Of a DNA stretch of 64,000 bases, positions 20,070 through 28,378 are shown one piece after another. The stretch lies in assembly GCA_049700655.1 (NCBI GenBank), contig JBNAUV010000001.1, positions 551 through 64,550 of the forward strand. The letters run 5' to 3'. The DNA comes from Minisyncoccales bacterium. GTDB taxonomy: Bacteria; Patescibacteriota; Minisyncoccia; Minisyncoccales; RBG-13-42-11. The notes beneath the pieces were generated by a model. It was not told the DNA's origin and made no database searches. It saw nothing but the letters and a program-made list of their open reading frames with translations. A program made the position numbers and the translations under genes. The first letter of the stretch is position 1; every line of letters starts with the position of its first letter.

Positions 20070-20798
20070 ATGAAAAATTTAATTGTCGGCAATTGGAAAA
20101 CGAACCCAGTGAGTTTAGTTGAAGCTAAACATTTATTTAATTTAATCAAGCGAGGTGTGAAAAATTTAAAAAAAACAGAAGTCGTAATTTGTCCACCCTT
20201 TCTTTTTTTATCCGAATTAAAGAAAAATCAAAAACCCATTAAATTAGGCGCGCAGAATTGCTTTTGGGCAGAAAAAGGCGCTTTTACTGGTGAAATTTCC
20301 CCTTTGATGCTGAAAAATTTGGGTTGCGATTATGTCATTCTTGGTCATTCTGAAAGGCGAGCCTTAGGAGAAACTGATATGATGATAAATAAAAAAATTA
20401 CTGCCTGTTTGAAAGCGAAATTGATTCCTATTCTTTGCCTCGGCGAAACCGAAGAACAAAGAAAAACAGGAAAAACCTTTGAAATTCTAAAAAAGCAATT
20501 AACAGCGGCATTTAAAAATTTAAAATTAAAAATTGAAAATTCGCCACTTTGTGTGGCTTATGAGCCCGTCTGGGCCATTGGCACTGGCAAGGCCTGCGAT
20601 ATAAGAGAGGCGCGGAGAATAAATAATTTTCTTAATAATTTAACCCATCATTTACCCTTACTTTATGGCGGAAGTGTCAATGCTCAAAATGGGATTGCTT
20701 ATTTAACTCAAGCCGGTTTTCAAGGCCTACTGGTGGGTGGTTTGTCTTTAAAAGTCAATGATTTTGTTAAACTAATAAAACAGGTTGATTTTTTATAG
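20070..20798 (+). CDS. tpiA: triosephosphate isomerase
   Basis: GNWKTN, HSERR and AYEPVWAIGTG motifs. Confidence 0.93.
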   Translation: MKNLIVGNWKTNPVSLVEAKHLFNLIKRGVKNLKKTEVVICPPFLFLSELKKNQKPIKLGAQNCFWAEKGAFTGEISPLMLKNLGCDYVILGHSERRALGETDMMINKKITACLKAKLIPILCLGETEEQRKTGKTFEILKKQLTAAFKNLKLKIENSPLCVAYEPVWAIGTGKACDIREARRINNFLNNLTHHLPLLYGGSVNAQNGIAYLTQAGFQGLLVGGLSLKVNDFVKLIKQVDFL

Positions 20799-20818
20799 AG
20801 AATTGATATGATAATTTT

Positions 20819-21337
20819 ATGATAGATCAGTTTTTAAATGGTTGTTTTTTTAATCCAACCAAAGGAAAACTAAAAATTAAAGAAGTTATTGAAGAGGCAA
20901 TTAATTATCTTTTAGAAAAGCCGGAAAAATTTTACGATATTATTGTTGGCTGTGATTCTTCATCAGGCGAAGAACCATTTTTTCCGGTAGCTTTGGTTAT
21001 CTTAAGAAAAGGCCAGGGCGGGCGCTTTTTTTTAAAAAAGATTGCCTATCGGGATAGAAAATTTTATAATTGGAAACAAAGGATTTTAGAAGAAGTTTTG
21101 CTTTCTTGCCAGTTGGCTTTATTTTTAAGAGAAAATTTGGAGAAAGAAATTAGTCAAAGAGTAAAAAAGGAGGGAATAAGATATCAATTTCGTTATATTC
21201 ACGCCGATGTGGGCGCCAATGGCCAAACCAAAGATATGATTAAAGAGATTGTTGGTTTAATTAAAGGCAATGGTTTTGAACCAAAAATAAAACCAGAATC
21301 TTTTGCTGCTTCAACAGTGGCAGACCGCTTTTCCTAA
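20819..21337 (+). CDS. YkuK/DUF458-like RNase H-fold protein (uncertain)
   Basis: 172 aa. Resembles Bacillus YkuK-family proteins from memory (FNPT near the N-terminus, DVG.NG.TKD.IKE, C-terminal KIKPESFAAS). Not verified. Confidence 0.4.
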   Translation: MIDQFLNGCFFNPTKGKLKIKEVIEEAINYLLEKPEKFYDIIVGCDSSSGEEPFFPVALVILRKGQGGRFFLKKIAYRDRKFYNWKQRILEEVLLSCQLALFLRENLEKEISQRVKKEGIRYQFRYIHADVGANGQTKDMIKEIVGLIKGNGFEPKIKPESFAASTVADRFS

Positions 21338-21338
21338 G

Positions 21339-23036
21339 ATGAACTCTTATCAATTACGCCAAAATTTTTTATCTTTTTTTAAAAACAAAAAACACCAGAT
21401 TGTTTCATCTAGTTCTTTGATTCCCACTGATCCATCAGTGCTTTTTACCACGGCCGGCATGCAGCAATTTAAATTATATTATTTGGGCGAAAAATCGCCT
21501 TACGGCAACAGAGTGGCTTCTTGCCAGAAATGTTTTAGAACATCAGATATTGATGAGGTAGGGGATAATCGACACCTAACTTTTTTAGAGATGCTGGGTA
21601 ATTTTTCCTTTGGCGATTATTTTAAAAAAGAGGCCATTAATTGGGCTTATGAGTTTCTTTTTCAGGAATTAAAATTACCCCTTAATGACGCTTATTTTAC
21701 TGTTTTTCAGGGCGATGAAAATGTGCCGGAAGATAAAGAATCAGGCAAAATTTGGCAAGCATTGGGCATTCCGGAAAGCAAAATAAAAAAATGCGATCGG
21801 TCTGATAATTTTTGGGGTCCAACCGGCAATGAGGGTCCTTGTGGCCCAACTACCGAGATTTATCTTAATGGTATTGAGGTTTGGAATTTGGTTTTTAATG
21901 AATATTATCAAGATGATAAAGGGAAATTAACACCACTGTCACAAAAAGGCGTAGATACTGGGATGGGTTTAGAACGGTTGGCGATGATAATACAAAATAA
22001 ACCAAGTGTGTTCGAAACTGATTTGTTTTTACCAATTATCCAAGAGATTCAAAGTCAAAAGTCAAAAGTCAAAAGTCAAAAGTTGAGCGAGCGAAGCGAG
22101 CGAATTATCGCTGACCATATTAAGAGCGCGGTTTTCTTAATTGCTGATGGTGTTTTGCCAGCCAATGTGGAGCGGGGCTATGTTTTAAGAAGGATTTTAA
22201 GAAGGGCCATGCGTTATGGTTTATTGATGAATTTACCTAAACAGCTTTTAATTCCTTTAGCCCAAAAAGTTATTGAGATTTATCAAAATTTTTATTCAGA
22301 AGTTAAATCTAATGAAGCAAATATTTTAACTGTTATTCAACAAGAAGAAGAAAGATTTAGTAAAACGCTGCGAGAGGGTTTGAAACGGTTTGAGACAATT
22401 GCTCGACAAGGTGATATTTCCGGGCAAGAAGCTTTTCATCTTTATGACACTTATGGTTTTCCGCTAGAATTAATTAAAGAATTGGCCCAAGAAAAAAAGA
22501 TCAAGATTGATGTTCAAGGATTTGAAGAAGCATTTAAGAAACATCAAGAGATTTCGCGGGCCGGGGCTGAACGTAAATTTGGTGGCGTAGGCAAAGAGGC
22601 CACTCAAGAAGCAATCCGGCTTCATACAGCCACTCATTTACTGCATAGCGCTTTGAGACAAATTTTAGGCCAACATGTGAAACAGATGGGTTCAGATATT
22701 ACTCCCCAGCGACTTAGATTTGATTTTTCTCATCCGCAAAAATTATCGGCTGAGGAAATTAAAAAAACCGAAGAATTAGTAAATCAGAAAATTAAAGAAA
22801 ATTTAGAGGTGAAAAAAGAAGAAATGGCTTTTCCAGAAGCATTAAAAACCGGCGCCCTGGCTTTTTTTAAGGAAAAATATCCGGCCATAGTCAATGTTTA
22901 TTCTATTGGCGATTTTTCTAAAGAAATTTGCGCTGGTCCTCATGTTCAGCGCACTGGCGAATTGGGTCATTTCAAAATTATTAAAGAAGAAAGCGCTGGC
23001 GCTGGCATAAGAAGAATTAGAGCAATTTTAGAATAA
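21339..23036 (+). CDS. alaS: alanyl-tRNA synthetase, short form lacking the C-terminal C-Ala domain
   Basis: N-terminal class II catalytic core (FTTAGMQQFK..., CQKCFRT, GNFSFGDYFK, DTGMGLERL). Editing-domain HTATHLLH and CAGPHV motifs are present. The protein ends at ~565 aa, versus ~870 typical. Confidence 0.85.
   Translation: MNSYQLRQNFLSFFKNKKHQIVSSSSLIPTDPSVLFTTAGMQQFKLYYLGEKSPYGNRVASCQKCFRTSDIDEVGDNRHLTFLEMLGNFSFGDYFKKEAINWAYEFLFQELKLPLNDAYFTVFQGDENVPEDKESGKIWQALGIPESKIKKCDRSDNFWGPTGNEGPCGPTTEIYLNGIEVWNLVFNEYYQDDKGKLTPLSQKGVDTGMGLERLAMIIQNKPSVFETDLFLPIIQEIQSQKSKVKSQKLSERSERIIADHIKSAVFLIADGVLPANVERGYVLRRILRRAMRYGLLMNLPKQLLIPLAQKVIEIYQNFYSEVKSNEANILTVIQQEEERFSKTLREGLKRFETIARQGDISGQEAFHLYDTYGFPLELIKELAQEKKIKIDVQGFEEAFKKHQEISRAGAERKFGGVGKEATQEAIRLHTATHLLHSALRQILGQHVKQMGSDITPQRLRFDFSHPQKLSAEEIKKTEELVNQKIKENLEVKKEEMAFPEALKTGALAFFKEKYPAIVNVYSIGDFSKEICAGPHVQRTGELGHFKIIKEESAGAGIRRIRAILE
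22050..22082 (+). repeat. heptanucleotide microsatellite (GTCAAAA x4.6) inside the alaS coding sequence
   Basis: Full units at 22054-22060, 22061-22067, 22068-22074 and 22075-22081. It encodes QSQKSKVKSQK in a variable linker and is followed by a gcgagcga repeat. Confidence 0.85.
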
Positions 23037-23046
23037 GATTAAAAAT

Positions 23047-24321
23047 ATGACCAATAAAAAAGTTATTGATATTTTACCACCAATAAAAAAAGCGGCAAAA
23101 AAAGAAAGAGATGTTTTAACGCCTGCTCCCTTAATGAAATCTTCCAGCCGTCCTTTTCTAAAGAAGAGTTTAGTTTTTATTTTACTTATTTTAATTTTAG
23201 CCATTGCGCTGGCTTATTTTTATTTACCTCAAGCGGAAATAGAGATTTTTCCCAAAACCAGATTGTTGAATTTGGAAACAAAATTAATTGCTGACAAACA
23301 GATTAGTCAAATTGACGCAAACAATAAAACAATACCAGCCCAAGTTTTTCAAAAAGAAAAGAGTTTGGTTAATGTTTTTCCTGCCTCGGGCCGGGTTATT
23401 AAAGAAGAAAAAGCCAGGGGCATGATTAAGGTTTATAATGAATATTCAACTGCGCCTCAAATTTTAATAGCCAAAACGCGGTTTGTTTCAACTGATGGTA
23501 AAGTATTTAGAACTCCAGTTGCTGTCACAGTGCCGGGCGGTGTTTATGAAAAAGGTAAATTAATTCCAGGCGAGATAGAAATTGAGGTTGTGGCTGATAA
23601 TCCAGGACCAGAATATAATATTGGACCTTCTACTTTTTCTATTCCAGGATTTGCTGGCACTGACAAATATACTAAATTTTATGCTAAATCTTTCCAAGCA
23701 ATGAGCGGTGGTTTAAAAGAAGAAATTCCCCAGGTAACTGAAGAGGATTTGAAAAAGGCTGAGGAATTATTGACCAAGCAGGCTCAAAAAGAGTGTGAAG
23801 ATTTGCTCAAACAGGAATTACAAACAGAAGCTATTTCAATGAATTTTTATTATTTTCCCGCTGAGATTAAAAATGAGATTATCGAAAAAATACCCTTGGT
23901 TTTGCCCAATGAGCAAGTGGCTGAATTTAAATATCAAGCCAAGGCTCGTTGTTGGAATTTGATTTTTAAAAAAGAAGATTTGCAAAATTTTGCTAAACAA
24001 ATAATTGCTCAGCAAATTTTGCCAGATGAGAAATTATATGAAGGCAGTTTAAAAATAGATTACTCTCTTGCTGAGATTGATTTAACCGAAGGAAAAATTG
24101 TTTTATCGCTGAAAATAAGCAGTCAAATTTATTCAGGAATTGATTTTGATCTTTTGAAAAAAGCATTAGTTAATAAATCAATTGCTGAAGTAAAATTATT
24201 ATTAGAAGATCAACCCAATATAGAGAGAGCCAATGTTAAATTTTGGCCCTTTTGGGTGACAAGCGTGCCTGAAGATTTAGAAAAAATTAAGATTAATTTA
24301 AAATTTAACTCCTCTTATTAA
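23047..24321 (+). CDS. hypothetical membrane-anchored protein (N-terminal TM, large extracytoplasmic domain)
   Basis: One hydrophobic helix (LVFILLILILAIALAYFYL) followed by ~370 soluble residues with no recognisable catalytic motifs. Confidence 0.5.
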   Translation: MTNKKVIDILPPIKKAAKKERDVLTPAPLMKSSSRPFLKKSLVFILLILILAIALAYFYLPQAEIEIFPKTRLLNLETKLIADKQISQIDANNKTIPAQVFQKEKSLVNVFPASGRVIKEEKARGMIKVYNEYSTAPQILIAKTRFVSTDGKVFRTPVAVTVPGGVYEKGKLIPGEIEIEVVADNPGPEYNIGPSTFSIPGFAGTDKYTKFYAKSFQAMSGGLKEEIPQVTEEDLKKAEELLTKQAQKECEDLLKQELQTEAISMNFYYFPAEIKNEIIEKIPLVLPNEQVAEFKYQAKARCWNLIFKKEDLQNFAKQIIAQQILPDEKLYEGSLKIDYSLAEIDLTEGKIVLSLKISSQIYSGIDFDLLKKALVNKSIAEVKLLLEDQPNIERANVKFWPFWVTSVPEDLEKIKINLKFNSSY

Positions 24322-24328
24322 TAAAAGG

Positions 24329-24357
24329 TTGACGAAAAAGACAGATTTTGCTAAATT
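24329..24357 (+). promoter_or_regulatory. promoter TTGACG-17-TAAATT directly upstream of infA
   Basis: -10 ends 12 nt before the GTG start at 24370. Confidence 0.45.
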
Positions 24358-24369
24358 AAAAAATTAACC

Positions 24370-24585
24370 GTGAATAAAGATAATAAGTTAAAAAAAAGCG
24401 GAGTTATTATTGAATCATTGCCGAGCACGCACTTTAAAGTAAGGTTAGACGACGGAAATGAAATTCTCTGTTACTTGTCAGGTAAATTAAGAAAATTCCG
24501 AATTAAAGTTTTGCCCGGAGATAGGGTTACAGTTGAGTTGTCGCCCTATGATCATAAGCGAGGTCGTATAATCTATCGTGGTTAA
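24370..24585 (+). CDS. infA: translation initiation factor IF-1 (GTG start)
   Basis: S1-like OB fold: GVIIESLPSTHFKVRLDDGNEILCYLSGKLRKFRIKVLPGDRVTVELSPYD. Confidence 0.93.
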   Translation: MNKDNKLKKSGVIIESLPSTHFKVRLDDGNEILCYLSGKLRKFRIKVLPGDRVTVELSPYDHKRGRIIYRG

Positions 24586-24594
24586 TAAAAAATT

Positions 24595-24711
24595 ATGAAA
24601 GTTCGGCCTTCAGTAAAGAAAATTTGTAAAGATTGTAAGATCGTCCGGCGAAAAGGACGAATTTATGTTATTTGTAAAAAAAATCCCAAACACAAACAAA
24701 GACAAGGATAA
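24595..24711 (+). CDS. rpmJ: 50S ribosomal protein L36 (zinc-ribbon form); absent from the ORF track because it is under 60 aa
   Basis: Manual translation gives [38 protein letters not shown], with the canonical L36 CxxC...C...H spacing, between infA and rpsM. Confidence 0.9.
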   Translation: MKVRPSVKKICKDCKIVRRKGRIYVICKKNPKHKQRQG

Positions 24712-24714
24712 ATT

Positions 24715-25104
24715 ATGCCAAGAATTGCGGGAGTTAATATTCCCGAAAACAAACAAATATTAATAGCCCTGACCTATATTTATGGCATAGGTCGTGCTTT
24801 GAGTAAAAAGATATTATTAGAAACCGGCATTGAGTTTAATAAGAAAGCTGCTTCTTTAACCCCTCAAGAAATTGCCAAATTAAGAGAGGTTATTGAAAAG
24901 AAATATAAAGTTGAAGGTGAATTACGCCAAGAAGTAATGATGAATGTTAAAAGATTAAAAGATATTGGTTGTTGGCGTGGCTGGCGTCATATAAAAGGTC
25001 TGCCGGTTAGGGGACAAAGGACGCGAACCAACACACGCACTGTGCGGGGTAATGTCAGAAAAACAGTTGGTTCAGGAAGAAAAGCGCCACCCGCGCCAAA
25101 ATAA
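24715..25104 (+). CDS. rpsM: 30S ribosomal protein S13
   Basis: [10 protein letters not shown]... Confidence 0.95.
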   Translation: MPRIAGVNIPENKQILIALTYIYGIGRALSKKILLETGIEFNKKAASLTPQEIAKLREVIEKKYKVEGELRQEVMMNVKRLKDIGCWRGWRHIKGLPVRGQRTRTNTRTVRGNVRKTVGSGRKAPPAPK

Positions 25105-25120
25105 TTAAATTAATCAAATT

Positions 25121-25573
25121 ATGGGTAAAAAGCGTGTTATTCAACCATCAAAAGAAGAATTATTAAAAGAAACAGAAAAAATTGAGGCCACGGTCAAAAA
25201 AGAAGAAATTAAAGAACCATCAAAAAAGGCCAAAGAAGGCAGGCTTTATGTTTTTTCATCTTATAATAATACTATGATTAGTTTAACCGATTTAAAAGGA
25301 AACACTTTATATTGGACAAGTGCTGGAAGAATTGGTTTTAAAGGAACAAAAAAAGGAACCTCTTTTGCCGCTGCTAAAGTGGCTGAAGCTGTTTCTCAAA
25401 TAATTCAGAAATTGGGTATTGAAAAATTAGAGGTTTTGGTTAAGGGGATTGGCGCAGGAAGAGAATCAGCATTAAGATCATTGGTAGCTCAGGGCGTTGA
25501 CATTGTTTCAATTAAAGACATTACACCGATTCCCCACAATGGTTGTCGTCCGCCGAAGGTGCGCCGAGTTTAA
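25121..25573 (+). CDS. rpsK: 30S ribosomal protein S11
   Basis: Conserved S11 C-terminus (PHNGCRPPKVRRV). Confidence 0.95.
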   Translation: MGKKRVIQPSKEELLKETEKIEATVKKEEIKEPSKKAKEGRLYVFSSYNNTMISLTDLKGNTLYWTSAGRIGFKGTKKGTSFAAAKVAEAVSQIIQKLGIEKLEVLVKGIGAGRESALRSLVAQGVDIVSIKDITPIPHNGCRPPKVRRV

Positions 25574-25585
25574 ATTTTATAATCT

Positions 25586-26215
25586 ATGGCCAGACAAAAA
25601 TGTAAAATTTGCCGTCGTTTAGGAATGAAGCTTTTTTTAAAAGGTGAGCGTTGTTTTTCACCGAAATGTGCTATGGTCAGAAAACCATATCCACCCGGAG
25701 CCAAAGGTAAAAGAAGAAAAGCCGGACTTTCGGAATACGGTCGTCAATTGAGAGAAAAACAAAAATTAAAAAAATGGTATAATTTAGAAGAAAGGGAGTT
25801 TCGCAATTATGTTAAAAAAATTTTGGCTAAACGAGGCAGCCAAATAGATATTGGAGTTCTTTTGATTGAAACATTGGAGCGTCGTTTGGATAATGTTATT
25901 TTTAGATTGGGTTTTGCTTCTTCTCGCCGGGCAGCTCGTCAAATGGTTTCACATGGTTATTTTTTAGTTAATAATAGATCAACCAATATCCCTAGTTTTT
26001 TAGTAAAAAAAGGAGATAAAATTAAAATTAAACCAAATGTGATAAAAAAAGCAATTTTCCAAAAGATAAGCAGTTTGGTCAAAAAGCATAATCCTCCGTC
26101 TTGGTTGAAATTAGACACAACCAATTGGGAAACAGAGGTTATTGGTTTGCCAAATTATCAGGAGGCAGTTCCGTCAGTCGACCTTTTGGCAATTTTTGAA
26201 TTTTATTCAAAATAA
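25586..26215 (+). CDS. rpsD: 30S ribosomal protein S4 (zinc-finger form)
   Basis: CKICRRLG...CFSPKC N-terminus and an S4 RNA-binding domain. Confidence 0.95.
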   Translation: MARQKCKICRRLGMKLFLKGERCFSPKCAMVRKPYPPGAKGKRRKAGLSEYGRQLREKQKLKKWYNLEEREFRNYVKKILAKRGSQIDIGVLLIETLERRLDNVIFRLGFASSRRAARQMVSHGYFLVNNRSTNIPSFLVKKGDKIKIKPNVIKKAIFQKISSLVKKHNPPSWLKLDTTNWETEVIGLPNYQEAVPSVDLLAIFEFYSK

Positions 26216-26244
26216 AAAGCTTAATAATTAAAATTATTACAATT

Positions 26245-27015
26245 ATGTTACACTTACCCCAACCAGCTAAAATTATTAAAAAAGAAGCCAATAAAACTAT
26301 TTTTGAAATAGAACCACTTTTTCCCGGTTATGGCATAACCATTGGCAATGCTTTGCGCCGGGTATTATTATCTTCCTTAGAAGGCGCGGCTGTCACCCAG
26401 ATGAAGATTAAAGGCGTAGCGCATGAATTTTCAACTATCCCGGGAGTTTTGGAAGATGTAATCACTCTTATGCTTAACATTAAACAATTAAGATTTAAAC
26501 TGTTTGGCAATGAACCGCAAAAAGCCACGCTTAAAGTTAAAGGAGAAAAAGAAGTAAAGGGTTCTGATTTTGTTTTGCCGCCTCAGGTGGAATTGGTTAA
26601 TAAAAATTGTCATTTAGCCACCCTTACTACTAAGTCAGCTGAGTTGGAAATGGAAATTCAAATTGAAAAAGGTATTGGCTATTCTCCCCGCGAAGAGAGA
26701 ACGAAAAAGAAATTAGAAACTGGCACCATTGCTGTTGATGCTATTTTTACACCAGTAAGAAGAGTAAGTTTTCGAGTTGAAGATATGAGAGTTGGTGAAA
26801 GAACCGATTATAATAAATTATTTTTAGAAATTGAAACCGATGGTACAATTACTCCCGAAGAAGCATTTTATCAGGCAGTTAAGATTTTGATTGAGCATTT
26901 TTCTATTATTAGCGCTTCAATTGAAATTAAAGAAGAAAAGAAAGCGATTATTGAAGAAAAAACAACAAAAAAGAAGAAAGGTGTTTCTAAGAAAACCTCG
27001 CGGAAAAAAGATTAA
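26245..27015 (+). CDS. rpoA: DNA-directed RNA polymerase alpha subunit, N-terminal domain only (no alpha-CTD)
   Basis: 256 aa; the alpha-NTD dimerisation/assembly domain is conserved. The C-terminus is a short K-rich tail (KKKKGVSKKTSRKKD) rather than an ~80-aa CTD. Confidence 0.85.
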   Translation: MLHLPQPAKIIKKEANKTIFEIEPLFPGYGITIGNALRRVLLSSLEGAAVTQMKIKGVAHEFSTIPGVLEDVITLMLNIKQLRFKLFGNEPQKATLKVKGEKEVKGSDFVLPPQVELVNKNCHLATLTTKSAELEMEIQIEKGIGYSPREERTKKKLETGTIAVDAIFTPVRRVSFRVEDMRVGERTDYNKLFLEIETDGTITPEEAFYQAVKILIEHFSIISASIEIKEEKKAIIEEKTTKKKKGVSKKTSRKKD

Positions 27016-27027
27016 TTAAAAAATAGT

Positions 27028-27378
27028 ATGAGAAAAAGAAAAAAAGGTAGAAAATTAAGCAGAAAAAGAGATCAACGTAAGGCCTTGTTAAAATCATTGG
27101 CCAATAATTTAATATTAAAAGAAAGAATTATTACCACGCAAGCCAAAGCCAAAGAGGTGAAGAGTTTTGTTGAAAAAGAAATTACTCGCGCCAAAAAAAA
27201 TGATTTGCATACCTATCGCTTACTGGCGCGTTTTTTTAGACCTGCTTTGGTTAAAAAATTAATAGAAGAAATTGCGCCCCGCTATCAAGAAAGGAAAGGA
27301 GGTTATACGCGGATAATAAAATTGGGTCCGAGAAAATCAAATGGAGCAAAAATGGTCATCATAGAGTTATTGAAGTAA
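27028..27378 (+). CDS. rplQ: 50S ribosomal protein L17
   Basis: Conserved L17 sequence; follows rpoA. Confidence 0.93.
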   Translation: MRKRKKGRKLSRKRDQRKALLKSLANNLILKERIITTQAKAKEVKSFVEKEITRAKKNDLHTYRLLARFFRPALVKKLIEEIAPRYQERKGGYTRIIKLGPRKSNGAKMVIIELLK

Positions 27379-27529
27379 ATTTCCAAATTTTTTTGTTGTT
27401 TATAATTAAATTTCAAACTTTTAAACAATTTTTAATGGATAAATATTTTAAACAAGTCAAAGGTTTAAAAATTAAAAAATTAAATCATTATTTTAAAATT
27501 AAAAATTAAGAATTAAAAATTATTAAACA

Positions 27530-27877
27530 ATGGAAAGAAAAACCCACACTATTGACGCGACCAATAAAAATTTAGGTCGTTTAGCAGCTGAAATAGCCGT
27601 GCTTTTGCGCGGCAAACACAAGTCAGATTTTGTGCCATATAAAGATATGGGTGATGTTGTAGTGATTAAAAATGTTAATAAATTAAAATTTTCTGGCCGA
27701 AAACTAATACAGAAAAAATATTATCGCCACTCTGGTTATTTAGGCGGGATAAAAGAAATATCACTGGAAAAACTTTTTAAAAAAAATCCAGCCGCGGTTT
27801 TAAGAGAAGCCGTAAACGGTATGTTGCCTAAAAATAGATTAAGAGCCAAAATGATTAAGCGTTTGAAATTTGAATAA
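27530..27877 (+). CDS. rplM: 50S ribosomal protein L13
   Basis: Conserved L13 sequence; pairs with rpsI. Confidence 0.93.
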   Translation: MERKTHTIDATNKNLGRLAAEIAVLLRGKHKSDFVPYKDMGDVVVIKNVNKLKFSGRKLIQKKYYRHSGYLGGIKEISLEKLFKKNPAAVLREAVNGMLPKNRLRAKMIKRLKFE

Positions 27878-27882
27878 AATTT

Positions 27883-28374
27883 ATGTCCAAAACAAAAAAA
27901 ACAATAAAAAAATCAAAACAAAAATCAGTTAGAAAAGAAGAAATAAAAACAAGCCAAGCTCAACAAGATTTATATTATGAAGGAACAGGCAGAAGAAAAA
28001 CTGCGGTTGCCTTGGTGCGTCTTTTTCCGCAAAAAAGCACAAATGGCCGTCCGGAAAATTCAATAATAATTAATGAAAAACCTTTAGAAAAATATTTTCC
28101 CCTTAAAGAATGGCAAGATATAGTTTTGGCGCCTTTAATTTTAATGAATTGTTTAAATCAATTTAGAATTTCAGTTAAAATAAAAGGTGGCGGAGTGTCG
28201 TCGCAAGCGGAAGCGGTTAGGCATGGTGTATCACGCGCTTTGGTTTTATTCAATCCTGATTTTAGAAAAAAATTAAAAGAGGCTGGCTATTTAAAACGTG
28301 ATCCTCGAATGAGAGAAAGAAAGAAATTTGGTTTAAAACGAGCCCGTCGGGCGCCCCAGTGGCAGAAAAGGTAA
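27883..28374 (+). CDS. rpsI: 30S ribosomal protein S9 with an ~35-aa N-terminal K-rich extension
   Basis: C-terminal GGGVSSQAEAVRHGVSRAL...KRDPRMRERKKFGLKRARRAPQWQKR. Confidence 0.93.
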   Translation: MSKTKKTIKKSKQKSVRKEEIKTSQAQQDLYYEGTGRRKTAVALVRLFPQKSTNGRPENSIIINEKPLEKYFPLKEWQDIVLAPLILMNCLNQFRISVKIKGGGVSSQAEAVRHGVSRALVLFNPDFRKKLKEAGYLKRDPRMRERKKFGLKRARRAPQWQKR

Positions 28375-28378
28375 TACT

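Noticed and set aside
22050-22082. Whether the heptamer, 14-mer or 19-mer repeats (also 52858-52904 and 54070-54128) could be CRISPR arrays.
   Set aside because: The units are short (7-19 nt), there are only 2-4 copies, and there are no unique spacers of 25-40 nt between them. These are microsatellite or iteron-like repeats, not CRISPR.
27379-27529. 150-nt AT-rich spacer between rplQ and rplM, considered as a possible small RNA or structured element.
   Set aside because: It consists of simple AAAATTAAAAATTAA-type repeats with no stable helices. It is more likely a promoter or UP-like spacer for rplM-rpsI, and no convincing -35/-10 pair was found.
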